Source: a virus (Duplodnaviria; Caudoviricetes). From it: DNA of 39,494 nucleotides. The stretch lies in the IMG/VR virus record IMGVR_UViG_3300033407_000057, positions 1 through 39,494 of that record. One strand, 5' to 3'. A program made the position numbers and the translations under genes. Of this stretch, positions 15,001 to 23,147 are shown piece after piece; the stretch's first letter is position 1; the number at the start of each line of letters is the position of its first letter. Under the pieces are notes generated by a model, which worked only from the letters and a program-made list of their open reading frames with translations, was not told the DNA's origin and ran no database searches.

Positions 15001-16851
15001 CGTCGCGGGGAGGGCGGCCCAGTCCCCGGCGTTGGGGACGCGCCCCCACTCCTTCACCTTCGCCATGTAAGCGAGGGCGTCGTGGCGCTCCACCCCCTCC
15101 AGAGCGTCGATGCGCGACGCCACCTCGCGGGTGATCTCGCTGCCCGCTGCCGCCCTGGTGTCGATGCTGGCCAGGTTGGCCTCGTAGTCGGCCACCAGCG
15201 CGATGGCCTCGTCCTTGTCGGCGACCAGGCGCCCGAACGCCTCCCGCTGCACCTCCCGGTTCCGCTGGGACCGCTTGCGCTTCCGTGCCGCGGCCGCCCC
15301 GCGCTCAGTCGATTCCGCAAGGGCGGGAAGCTCGGAGTACCTCTCGTTGAGGAACTCCAACTGCGCCCATCCTTCTTCGCCGACGGTGGCGATGAGGGCC
15401 TGGCCCTGGGGGGTGTCCCGGCCGGGGAGGTGGAACCCCGCCCGACCTCGGCCGCTGCGGTCGTCGTAGAGGGCGTCGAAGTCGAGCACCCGAGTGGTCG
15501 CGGGGGTGGTGACTCTGTTGCGGATCTCGGCCAGCTCCCGATCCCTCGCCTCGCGCACCGCCGTAGCCGTCCGCTCGATCTCGGGCAACAGGTGGGTTTC
15601 CGCCTTGGCCCGGATGGCGCCCGCCACCTTCTCCTGTGCCAGAGGCACGTCGGAGAGGGCCTCGAAGCCCACCTCGTCGGTCGGCTTGACACCGGTGAAC
15701 TCGGCGAAGCGGTCCAGCAGGCCGACACGGGTGCGTCGCGTGGCGCCGGTGTCGGTGTCGACCTCGCGGCCGTAGAGGCGGTCGTTGAGGACGCGCTCGG
15801 GGGTGAGGTCGGCGTCGAGCCAGGCGTGGACCCGGCCGGTGACCGGATCGTCCATGAGCGTGAGGTCGCCACGGGAGGCGAACTCGTCGCGGATCTCCGT
15901 CGTCCGCTCCTCGATCTTCCCGAGCAGGGTCCGGGTGGGGGCGTCGAGCCCGGCGCGCTCGGCGTCGGAGAACATGGTCGCCATGTAGTAGAGGGCCACC
16001 TTCTCGTCACCGCTCGCAGCAGGGAACCTCTCCTCCACGGCACGCGCGGTCGCAGGGTGTATCTCGTACTCGTCGATCAGCCCGCTTATCGCATCCTGGG
16101 CGGAGATGGTGCCCTGTGCAATGTGGGTCTGGGCCTCCGCCGTGGAGCGCGCCACCGCGCGCTGGGACTTCCCGAACCCCATCTCGGTCATCTTCCCGGC
16201 GAAGGTGAAGCCACTGGGGATGGGCCCGCGCCCCGACAGGGCCCGCTCCACCTTGGGTACTGCCTTCTCCAGAGCGTGGCGGGTCGCCCGCTTCCCCGTC
16301 TTGACCCGCACCAGCTCGTTGGCGATGGGAGCCACGTCCAGCGCGGTGATGAGAGGGTTGCGGCCGAGTTGTTGGGGGTCGGTGAAGGCGTGCTCGGCGA
16401 CGAAGGAGCCCGGCACGAAGCGGAGTCCCGGCGCTGCGCCCAGCCGGGAGATGCCCTCGCCCAGGTTGCCCTCGGCGAACTGCTCCATGGCGCCAGCGAT
16501 GGCCTCGGGGCCCTTGCGGTACATCTCGACGGGCTCCCGCAGGAGCATCAGCGGGAGGTGGGGCACCGATGCCGCCACCGCCCGGAGATCGGACAGGCCG
16601 CGGTCGATGAACCCGCCGATGCCCCCACGGTCGCGCGATGGAGTCACCTCCTTTCCCGTCTGGGCAGCCAGTAGAGCGCGGAGCATCTGGTTCGTGCTGT
16701 AGGGGCGCTGGGATCGCTGGGCACGACGAACCAGGAGGTCCTCGACACCCCTGCGGGTGGGCTTGTCGAACGGGGTGGCTTCGACCTCGCCCAGCGCCCG
16801 GAAGAAGGATTCTAGGACCGACGGTCCCTCTAGGAGGAAGGGGTCGGGCAT
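11962..16851 (-). CDS. Very large (1629 aa) virion protein, probable internal/DNA-ejection protein
   Basis: Last gene of the structural operon; mostly helical; C-terminal region with VFPFYGW...motif typical of large podoviral internal proteins; no tape-measure repeats. Confidence 0.7.
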   Translation of the reverse strand: MPDPFLLEGPSVLESFFRALGEVEATPFDKPTRRGVEDLLVRRAQRSQRPYSTNQMLRALLAAQTGKEVTPSRDRGGIGGFIDRGLSDLRAVAASVPHLPLMLLREPVEMYRKGPEAIAGAMEQFAEGNLGEGISRLGAAPGLRFVPGSFVAEHAFTDPQQLGRNPLITALDVAPIANELVRVKTGKRATRHALEKAVPKVERALSGRGPIPSGFTFAGKMTEMGFGKSQRAVARSTAEAQTHIAQGTISAQDAISGLIDEYEIHPATARAVEERFPAASGDEKVALYYMATMFSDAERAGLDAPTRTLLGKIEERTTEIRDEFASRGDLTLMDDPVTGRVHAWLDADLTPERVLNDRLYGREVDTDTGATRRTRVGLLDRFAEFTGVKPTDEVGFEALSDVPLAQEKVAGAIRAKAETHLLPEIERTATAVREARDRELAEIRNRVTTPATTRVLDFDALYDDRSGRGRAGFHLPGRDTPQGQALIATVGEEGWAQLEFLNERYSELPALAESTERGAAAARKRKRSQRNREVQREAFGRLVADKDEAIALVADYEANLASIDTRAAAGSEITREVASRIDALEGVERHDALAYMAKVKEWGRVPNAGDWAALPATVRQRWQSHPLVPAINRMYDTRMQFLASVGRRDLSFFDHKVDLADAAAQYKKVAKGELRTRKAAQRRAIAALEKAEIDPDVRRERFDADAAEVLDRPVGTKMEARAYVRALLAPHIDRRAGIVRFATDPPTPKYLQKRLDRLDKFDRASDALRAAQAAAREGEWGVASTILRRSGPKMIRDLNPKLVRNPAMAQIAKAWASAGRHAPTKRAQFDSLMGEITDTYAKMAERFEKRPAPAEFQPIIKHRATERVIGALEDKAYVSETDEGLVAAIDEVEARIDADLLRKGTVTGALTDWTQVEMARTLREVEGTWRDISTQEGINPIFIHHVSPAKIGEIIRPGEIRLNRSISEDQIRKRVLDLAPAIRNIEVALLHAEVDRLQRLHRDTAIARIVDPTDGFGLDLRALQRKLAQEVPERGVEGLGAPELIELAVSQGYYRWDPSSPIPWRTARTTAERVTNRLVDTRRGAPGLNPPEVSTDFRPRITNDVYTNIEGPVVVPKWVGDSLNKIYKQHETDWGGVWDKSMKVFRSSVLALSPRWHTYNIVGGNIMLAGRTDPLATMRYWAEARKIVNEGRVDPRISRGTGTIPRDIAVGDTARSIARGKPESALGRQINNIIEKSYEFNGYIDDMYRTIAYLYAKDKEVAKMAREGIDVGVLDSGVMDDAAKAVNDRASKAGVDLANKILQDWNSMTPLERSVIKSVFPFYGWLRHVLQYSMTYPLDHPYRTSVLTNVAEVWSTQVHDDALPWRFENYIVGGAIPETLAKIPGLGPIMSGVMGGPPGPDPAGRSPAIYVGGFNPFNDLASLVGLGAALVGAEADMGAAVGQMNPGIGGFLTALGVSSATGTAGLFGQQEIDPETGSIRSVSPPLGPSLLGAFIPQLRAAGMAEQYAGLPVKPISSFLGTGTDTRSLMRERPDLARSQFFSALGIPMVPRRMSIAEEEARAEIGRYDVAQRALSEARTSGDYSRAKEYPSLRPYLAVLEELEAEGLIPPLHRPLGGLDPLALLGALPQ

Positions 16852-16854
16852 CGG

Positions 16855-18165
16855 CTAGCCCCCCGTAGGCGCTGGAAGCGGGATTCCTAGCTGCTCGGCC
16901 AGCTTCTCCAGCTCGCCGCCCTGGGACGCACGTGCCCGGATCGCCTCCGCCGCGAGGGTGGGGCCGATGGACTTCGGCAGGGCGTGGGCGAGGTTCTCCG
17001 CGGCGAAGGCCGTGCGCTCGAACTGGGGGTTGCGTGCTCGGAAGTCGGCGATGGTCTGGAGCTGGCGCTCGTAGTAGGGCTGCATGAATCGCTTGGTGGC
17101 CATCTGGAGCGCAGCCACGTCCTGGTAGGGGTCCCGCGGCCGAGGTGCTTCTCCCTGTACCTGGGGTTGAGGTTGAGGTTCTCCCCCACCCCCTCCGACT
17201 CCGAGGATTGAGTTCAGCACGGGCACACCTCCGAGGTGCTTCGACAGGTCGGCCATGTCCCCGAACGCCCCGGCTGCCCCACCCACCGCGGTGCCGACGC
17301 CGGGGAAGATGGCGGTGCCAGCCGCCGCTCCGCCCGCACCACCACGGAGGGCTTCTGCCCACCAGTTGCGCTCGATGAAGTCCCCTACCCCGGCACCGGG
17401 GGCCACGGCGTCGATGACCTCCGTGGCTTGGAAGGGCAGCGCATACAACGACGCCGGGCCGAGCACTCGACCGGCCATCTTGCCGATGCCGCGCTTGCCC
17501 GCCGCTTCGAGAGCTGCCTGGTTGGCCTTCGATGCCACCACCCGACCTCTCCCGAGGCGCTTGACCGTCTCTTTGGCCAACCTGCGCTTGGTTTCGTTGG
17601 CCATGTCCCTCGCGGCGAGTCGGCGGAGCGCATCGAGCGACATCGCTCCACCCACTCCGCTCACCAGCTCGCCACCGGGGCCAGGCAGATCCGCCTCCTT
17701 GCCCGCCTCCATGAGCACCGAGCCCAGCAGCGCCTGGGGGAGCGGGCCTCGTGCGAACCGGGCGGACCGCCCTCGCCCGAACTGGGCGATCTTGTCCTTT
17801 CCGCCTCGTGCGAACTGGGCGATCTTGCCCTCCCCTGGTATCTCGGGGATGCGCTTTAGCAGTGGGTCCCGCACGTACTGCTGGGACAGGGACCGCTCGC
17901 CTCCCAGACCGCCCAGGAGGCGCTCCATCCCCTCCGTCGCTGCGCGGTTCATCCCCAGGGCTCGACCCCCGACAGACCGTCCGCCGAGCCGGGCGCCCAT
18001 GAGGGTGTCGTCGAGGGCTCTGGTCAGGCGCTCCCTGATCTGGGGGTTTTTGGCGATCATCGGGCCCACCACGGCGGACTCTGCGGCTGTGCCCAGGAGG
18101 GCAGCGAGGGCGGCTGCGACCAGCTCGGGGGGGATCTGGTCGGGAGGAACCTGTTCGTCGGCCAT
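16855..18165 (-). CDS. Probable internal virion/ejection protein with glycine-zipper segment
   Basis: GGAGGAAAGTAIFPGVGTAVGGAAGAFG; position between the adaptor and the giant protein. Confidence 0.65.
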   Translation of the reverse strand: MADEQVPPDQIPPELVAAALAALLGTAAESAVVGPMIAKNPQIRERLTRALDDTLMGARLGGRSVGGRALGMNRAATEGMERLLGGLGGERSLSQQYVRDPLLKRIPEIPGEGKIAQFARGGKDKIAQFGRGRSARFARGPLPQALLGSVLMEAGKEADLPGPGGELVSGVGGAMSLDALRRLAARDMANETKRRLAKETVKRLGRGRVVASKANQAALEAAGKRGIGKMAGRVLGPASLYALPFQATEVIDAVAPGAGVGDFIERNWWAEALRGGAGGAAAGTAIFPGVGTAVGGAAGAFGDMADLSKHLGGVPVLNSILGVGGGGGEPQPQPQVQGEAPRPRDPYQDVAALQMATKRFMQPYYERQLQTIADFRARNPQFERTAFAAENLAHALPKSIGPTLAAEAIRARASQGGELEKLAEQLGIPLPAPTGG

Positions 18166-19050
18166 CTACATCACCCCCTGGAGTGGGGAGGTGGGCTGCG
18201 CGGTCTGGTTCTGCTGGTAGACGTCGGCCCAGTTGACGCTCGGGCGGCCCGGCATGGAGGGCAAAAGCTCCAGGGCCTTTAGCCCGACGTTGAGGGCCAT
18301 CGCCCCTATCTCGCTTTTCACACCCATCTGGGCGATGAAGTTCTCCAGATCCTTGCCTTCCAACACGAGCCCGAGCTGCTTTAGGGCGGCGGGGAGGTCC
18401 TCCTCGATCTTCTGGCGGTTGAGCCCGGACTCGGCAGCCAGCTTGTCCAGGCCCCGGTTGGTGTCGTCGAACTCGATTCGATGGCGCTCGGCCAGGAGGG
18501 TGTCGCCCTTGCCTTCCACCCCGAGCCGCTTGCGCTCGGTGCCCTTCTTCTGCAACTGGAGCGCCAGCTCGTCGTCGAGGAACTTCTTGCGGTCCCTGTA
18601 GCCGCTCGACACCACCGCTCCGCGCCCGGTCGCGTCGGACAGCTCGCTCCGCTGGGCTTCGCCCGAGAGCAGCCTCAGAAGGTTCTCGTCGAGCCCGAGG
18701 CCCTGGAGCCGCAGCGCTCGGTCCTCGCCTCCAAGCCCGAGGGCGGCCAGTTGGTTGGCCAGGGTGCGACCGGCGATGCCGCGCTGAGCGCCGATGTCGG
18801 CCATGTCGATCCCGAGGCCCTGGAGCCCATACCCCTGGTTCCGCTGTAGATCGCTCGCAGCGAGCGCCGAGAGAGGGCTCTGGACCTTGCCATACAGGTC
18901 CTTTAGATAGCCCAGCTGTAGCTCCAGGGGGCCGCTGACCGGCTCGTACTCCCCCTTCGCCGCCTCCATCGCCGAGCGCTCGCGGTAGGTCTCGCGCGGC
19001 TCACCCGTGCGAAGCGTGTTCCAGTAGGAGCCCCAGTCGTCGAGCGCCAT
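18166..19050 (-). CDS. Probable internal virion protein
   Basis: Helical, Gly/Leu/Gln-rich; position in the operon. Confidence 0.65.
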   Translation of the reverse strand: MALDDWGSYWNTLRTGEPRETYRERSAMEAAKGEYEPVSGPLELQLGYLKDLYGKVQSPLSALAASDLQRNQGYGLQGLGIDMADIGAQRGIAGRTLANQLAALGLGGEDRALRLQGLGLDENLLRLLSGEAQRSELSDATGRGAVVSSGYRDRKKFLDDELALQLQKKGTERKRLGVEGKGDTLLAERHRIEFDDTNRGLDKLAAESGLNRQKIEEDLPAALKQLGLVLEGKDLENFIAQMGVKSEIGAMALNVGLKALELLPSMPGRPSVNWADVYQQNQTAQPTSPLQGVM

Positions 19051-19059
19051 CAGATCACC

Positions 19060-19725
19060 TCATCCGTCATACAACCACCTCGGAAGCGTCAGCCCCTGCA
19101 TCTGGAACGAGTCCGCCTGGTCGGTCCAGCGTCGGGTCAGGTCGATCATGTCACCGAGGCGCTCCTCGTAGAGCGCCTTGGCCTCCTGCCAGCGGGGGTC
19201 GGCGTCCTTGCGCAGCGCGGTGAACTCGCACCACAGCGAGATGAGGTCGTGCCAGCCCTGGGGGACCTCCAGCGTGTCGCCGTCGTTCTCCGCCTCGGTT
19301 GGTAGGCGGTAGTAGCGGACCCGCAGCACGCCGACCTCGGAGGGGGTGGGGTAGGCGATCAGCTTGAGGTTGGGGGGGAAACCCCACATCGTGTACCAGT
19401 AGGGGAAGCCCTCCTGCGTCTCCTGCTGGGTCCACCAGACCTGGTCCATGGAGTGGAAGTCCCGATACTCCAGGGGGTAGATCAGCGACGACGAGGGTAT
19501 CCACTCCACCCGGTAGACCCGCAGGGTGTTGCTGGCCATGGTGTACTCCTGGGTGCCCGCCACCGTGTCGATGTTGTCCACGGACTGGAGCACCTCGGCC
19601 CGTCGGGCGATGTCCCGTGTGGCCTCGTTGATCCACCGATCGAGTTCGGTGTTCCCCCAGTAGGCGGCCGTCGCCTCGTCGAGGTGATCCCGAACATCTG
19701 TTCGGACGTCGGAGAGGGTGGCCAT
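19060..19725 (-). CDS. Head-tail adaptor (tail tubular A-like)
   Basis: TLSDVRTDVRDHLDE...WGNTELDRWINEA...TVAGTQEY...YPTPS...LRVRYYRLP pattern; leaderless TAGAAT promoter. Confidence 0.8.
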   Translation of the reverse strand: MATLSDVRTDVRDHLDEATAAYWGNTELDRWINEATRDIARRAEVLQSVDNIDTVAGTQEYTMASNTLRVYRVEWIPSSSLIYPLEYRDFHSMDQVWWTQQETQEGFPYWYTMWGFPPNLKLIAYPTPSEVGVLRVRYYRLPTEAENDGDTLEVPQGWHDLISLWCEFTALRKDADPRWQEAKALYEERLGDMIDLTRRWTDQADSFQMQGLTLPRWLYDG

Positions 19726-19768
19726 GGTGTGATTCTACGACCCAGCGGCCGTCGGAGGGGACACGCTC

Positions 19769-20227
19769 TCAGGCATCGGAGAGCCGATGGAACCAGAACT
19801 CGGTGGACTGGGCCGTAGACACCAAGACGTCGAGGTCGCCGCCCGTGTTCTGGAAGGCTTCGATGGTCACGAAGTCGGCGACGGCAAGCTCATAGGCGGT
19901 GGAGATGGACATGGACATCGCCCCGTTGATCGCCGGTGCCGTCTGACCGGCGATAGCGTCCCCGCCGTTCTGCCTGAGCCTGATTATTCGGAACCCCGTG
20001 GTGTTGCTGGCGAACCGGATGTGGCCGCCGATCATGTATAGACCCGCGCCTCCGGGGGGGACGGTCAGCCGGTCGCTGTCCGTCGATGTGTCGTGGCACC
20101 CGCCGACGTCGTACCGCTCGTCGTCGAACTCCACCGACAGGAAGTTCCCGGTCACCGTGGTCTGTGCGACGGTGTTGCGGACGCGGGCGCGAGGATGGCG
20201 ACGAGGGGGATAGATCGTCAGGGTCAC
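19769..20227 (-). CDS. C1q/TNF-like beta-sandwich protein, probable tail-fibre tip/receptor-binding module
   Basis: VEFDDERYDVGGCHD...RLTVPPGGAGLYMIGG...YELAVADFVTIEAFQ pattern. Confidence 0.7.
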   Translation of the reverse strand: MTLTIYPPRRHPRARVRNTVAQTTVTGNFLSVEFDDERYDVGGCHDTSTDSDRLTVPPGGAGLYMIGGHIRFASNTTGFRIIRLRQNGGDAIAGQTAPAINGAMSMSISTAYELAVADFVTIEAFQNTGGDLDVLVSTAQSTEFWFHRLSDA

Positions 20228-20553
20228 GTGATCTCCACGCCCGAGATGGTGACGGTGAGGGCGTTGGCCGTCTCCCCGATGATCGAGATGAAGTCCGACG
20301 TCTCCATCACGGTGGAGAACTCGAAGCGGAACATCGAGTCCGCCGTGATGTCGGACTGGGGGATGATGCGGTTGTCCGTCCCCGCCGTGTCTCCCGAGGG
20401 GACCACCGACACGGCGATGTGGCGGTCCGTAGCGGTGTGGTTGGCGATGACCACCTCCCGCAGGATCGCCTCGGCGCTGGCTGGCACCGTGTAGACGGTC
20501 GTCTCGGAGATCGGGGCCTCTCGCTGGTCGAAGCGCGTCGGTGTGTAGGTCAT
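20224..20553 (-). CDS. Small virion beta-sandwich protein (109 aa, MTYTPTRF...)
   Basis: TTVYTVPAS..ILREVVIAN...VTISGVEIT; ATGA overlap. Confidence 0.75.
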   Translation of the reverse strand: MTYTPTRFDQREAPISETTVYTVPASAEAILREVVIANHTATDRHIAVSVVPSGDTAGTDNRIIPQSDITADSMFRFEFSTVMETSDFISIIGETANALTVTISGVEIT

Positions 20554-20720
20554 AGTCCCATCCAGATCATCGCATCCTGCACCGCTGTGATGTCGGACCA
20601 CTCCACCGCCTTGGTGGTCCCCGATGCCGCCTGGGTGGTGTCGGAGACGTCCACCACGACCAGCACGTCGTCGGGCGCAGGTGTCTCGGTCAGGGCTGTC
20701 AGATCGGTGAGCTTGGTCAT
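20550..20720 (-). CDS. Small tail-fibre-associated peptide (56 aa, MTKLTDLTALTETPAPDDVLVVVDVSDTT...)
   Basis: GAGGAGG RBS; KLTDL...DDVLVVVD...TTK pattern common in fibre N-termini. Confidence 0.65.
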   Translation of the reverse strand: MTKLTDLTALTETPAPDDVLVVVDVSDTTQAASGTTKAVEWSDITAVQDAMIWMGL

Positions 20721-21844
20721 GGGCCCTCCTCGTTGAGTGAATCGCCGTTCTCGGTCGTCAGCACCACATTGTCCTCCGTCTCCAGTGGGTTGCCACCGAA
20801 CGCGTGGGAGCCCCACGCCTCTGCCGACGGGATGAGCGTGGCCGCAAGGGCCACCGTCAGCACGTGCGTGCCCCACGCCTCCGCTGTCGGGATGAGCGTG
20901 GCCACCAGCGGGCCCTCGATCCTGTGGGAGCCCCACGCCTCGGTCGAGGGGATGAGGAACGCCTTGAGATCGACGACGTTGATGTAGATGTAGGCCATCG
21001 CATCTTCGGAGGGGTCGTCGAACACACCCACGTTGATGTAGATGTAGGCGCCCGCGTCCCCGTAGAACACCTCGATCCACGACAGCAGGGCTTCGAGGTT
21101 GGCCCGGTCGCCCCAGTGCTTCTCGTCCCTCCACAGCTTGAGCGCCTCCGAGTACTCGTCTGTGTGGCGGCTGCGCCGGGCGTGGAGCCAGTCGGTCTGG
21201 ATGGCCCGGTCGTTGGGCAGGTTGACGCCGTGGTCGGGGTTGCGGCGGGAGGAGCCCGACGCCGCCCACTGGTTGAACAGGGGGATCAGCGTGGCCTTGA
21301 CCTGGTGGTAGTGCTCCAGCAGCTCCCGTAGCGCCGGTACCATCTCGGGCGGCGTGCGGGGGGGTACAGCGGTGTTGCGGTACCCCATGTCGGGACCCCC
21401 GACGGAGGGATCTGCGAAGAAGGGGACCGTCTCGGCCCAGCGCTCGACGTGGGAGTACCAGCGGCGCTCGATCCCCGCGAGCGCCGAGGTCGTCTCGTAG
21501 ACCGCCTGGTACCACTCCTCGGGCATTCCCGGCATCACCCGCCGCAGGCTGGCGGGAGAGCTGGCGGGCCAGTTCTTCTTGGGGAACACCAACTGCGCCG
21601 TCCGGGGGACCGGGGCCACACCCACGTTGATGTAGGAGTAGGCCCCGGCATCGGCAGAGGGGGTGTCGTCGACGCCGACGTTGATGTAGATGTAGGCGCC
21701 CGCGGCAGTGGCTGGGCCGATCACCACCGCATGGGAGATGACGAAGTCCTCGCCCGTCGCAAGCGCGGTGGCCGCGAGGACCGCCACGAGCCTCTGGGTC
21801 CCCCACGCCTCGCCCGAGGGGATGGTGGTGGCGGTCAGGTCCAT
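20717..21844 (-). CDS. Virion/tail protein with two internal repeat types
   Basis: IP(S/T)xEAWG(S/T) x4 and AY(I/S)YINV x4 flank a helical central segment. Confidence 0.72.
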   Translation of the reverse strand: MDLTATTIPSGEAWGTQRLVAVLAATALATGEDFVISHAVVIGPATAAGAYIYINVGVDDTPSADAGAYSYINVGVAPVPRTAQLVFPKKNWPASSPASLRRVMPGMPEEWYQAVYETTSALAGIERRWYSHVERWAETVPFFADPSVGGPDMGYRNTAVPPRTPPEMVPALRELLEHYHQVKATLIPLFNQWAASGSSRRNPDHGVNLPNDRAIQTDWLHARRSRHTDEYSEALKLWRDEKHWGDRANLEALLSWIEVFYGDAGAYIYINVGVFDDPSEDAMAYIYINVVDLKAFLIPSTEAWGSHRIEGPLVATLIPTAEAWGTHVLTVALAATLIPSAEAWGSHAFGGNPLETEDNVVLTTENGDSLNEEGP

Positions 21845-21845
21845 C

Positions 21846-22247
21846 TCAGAGGGTGAAGATGCCCGCTGCGTCCCAGGTGATGGTGATGTCGCTCCCCGAG
21901 GGGGTGAAGGGCAGGCCGACGAGGGTGTCGTCGTAGCCGATGAGGATCGACGTCGACTCGGTGCCCGTGTGCTGGTAGATGACGATGGCCTCGAACTGGT
22001 CGCCCGACACCGACGAGAAGGTCAGATCGTCTGCATCGGCGGTGCCTGCGCCGTCGGTGGATTCGTTGGCCAGCGCCGCGGTCGCCACGCGCGCAGCTCC
22101 TGGGACGTCGTCGAGGTGTTGGTCCGTGGCCAGGTTCACGGTGTAGTCGTCGGTGTCCACCAGGATCACCCGGATGTCGTCGGTGGCCCAGTCGATGCTG
22201 CCCCCGAGGAACTGGTCCCGGCCGAAGTCGTAGAGGCTCGCTGTCAT
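21846..22247 (-). CDS. Conserved phage tail-associated protein (133 aa)
   Basis: GSIDWATDDIRVILVD...DADDLTF...GLPFTPSGSDITITWDAAGIFTL pattern. Confidence 0.78.
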   Translation of the reverse strand: MTASLYDFGRDQFLGGSIDWATDDIRVILVDTDDYTVNLATDQHLDDVPGAARVATAALANESTDGAGTADADDLTFSSVSGDQFEAIVIYQHTGTESTSILIGYDDTLVGLPFTPSGSDITITWDAAGIFTL

Positions 22248-22256
22248 GGTCCGTTC

Positions 22257-23144
22257 CTAACTGTAGGTTCCGGCTACGGCGGTGATGCGCGGCCACCATA
22301 GGGAGAGCTGGGCGTCGTCGGGCGCAGCCGCTCGCACGAAGATCACCGACGAGATGCTGCCGGGTGCGAGGCTGGAGATGTTCAGCGACGTGGAGTAGTT
22401 CACGTCGTCGGTGGAGAGCTCCATCCACGTGCTCAGGGCCGGGGACGCGTCGGTGAGCACGTTGAGCGACACGGTGATCGACGTCGCGGTGAGCGTCCCC
22501 GAGATGTTCTTGACCCGGAAGGTCTTGGTGGCGGTGTCCAACCGGGCGTGGTCGCCGAAGTCGAAGAACGGACCGTCGGCGTCGGCGTCGTCGAGGGCCT
22601 CGTCGAGCGTCGGGTGCCAGACCCGCAGGCGGTCGGGGGACTCGCCTGCCGCCAGGTTCCCGTAGACGTGCAGTGACCTCAACTGGCTCTTGAAGCCGAA
22701 CTCGGCAGCGGTGATGCGGAAGCGGAGCGCCTTCACCCCGCTGAGCGCCGTCGCGTAGATGTCGTCACGCATCTCGGGCTTGTTCGCCTGTTGCCCTATG
22801 GGGCCAGCCCAGCTCGCCTCGATCTGGTTCCACGTCCCGTCCACCCCGTTGGTGCTGTTCGCCGACCAGTCCGCCGAGCCCGAGCCCTGGAAGGAACCGA
22901 ACGTGACATAGATGGAGAGGCCCGTGATGTCGCGCAGCTCGGGGAAGATCAGGACGAGATCGCGACCGGGGCTGTTGACGGTGAACTCCAACTGCGTGGT
23001 GGTGTCCTCGTCGTTGAGCGTCTGTCGCTGGCCTTCGGTGAAGGTGGGGACCAACCCCGCGTTCCTGTCGTAGAATACCGCGACCGTGCCGTCTCGATCC
23101 CACAGCATCCGTGGAGCTGGGGCGTCGTCGTAGTTCCCGGCCAC
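22257..23144 (-). CDS. Tail protein, beta-rich (possible carbohydrate-binding plus Ig-like domains)
   Basis: WSANSTNGVDGTW...KALRFRI; beta-rich C-terminal domain. Confidence 0.7.
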   Translation of the reverse strand: MAGNYDDAPAPRMLWDRDGTVAVFYDRNAGLVPTFTEGQRQTLNDEDTTTQLEFTVNSPGRDLVLIFPELRDITGLSIYVTFGSFQGSGSADWSANSTNGVDGTWNQIEASWAGPIGQQANKPEMRDDIYATALSGVKALRFRITAAEFGFKSQLRSLHVYGNLAAGESPDRLRVWHPTLDEALDDADADGPFFDFGDHARLDTATKTFRVKNISGTLTATSITVSLNVLTDASPALSTWMELSTDDVNYSTSLNISSLAPGSISSVIFVRAAAPDDAQLSLWWPRITAVAGTYS

Positions 23145-23147
23145 GGC

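Noticed and set aside
13381-16674. 1097-aa plus-strand ORF (likewise 22791..25229, 33137..34480, 30157..31302)
   Set aside because: Antisense shadows of real minus-strand genes, caused by high GC3 codon bias; no motifs and no RBS.
11962-16851. Tape measure protein or virion RNA polymerase
   Set aside because: No tape-measure repeats, no major tail or chaperone genes, and no polymerase catalytic motifs recognised; an ejection protein is more plausible.
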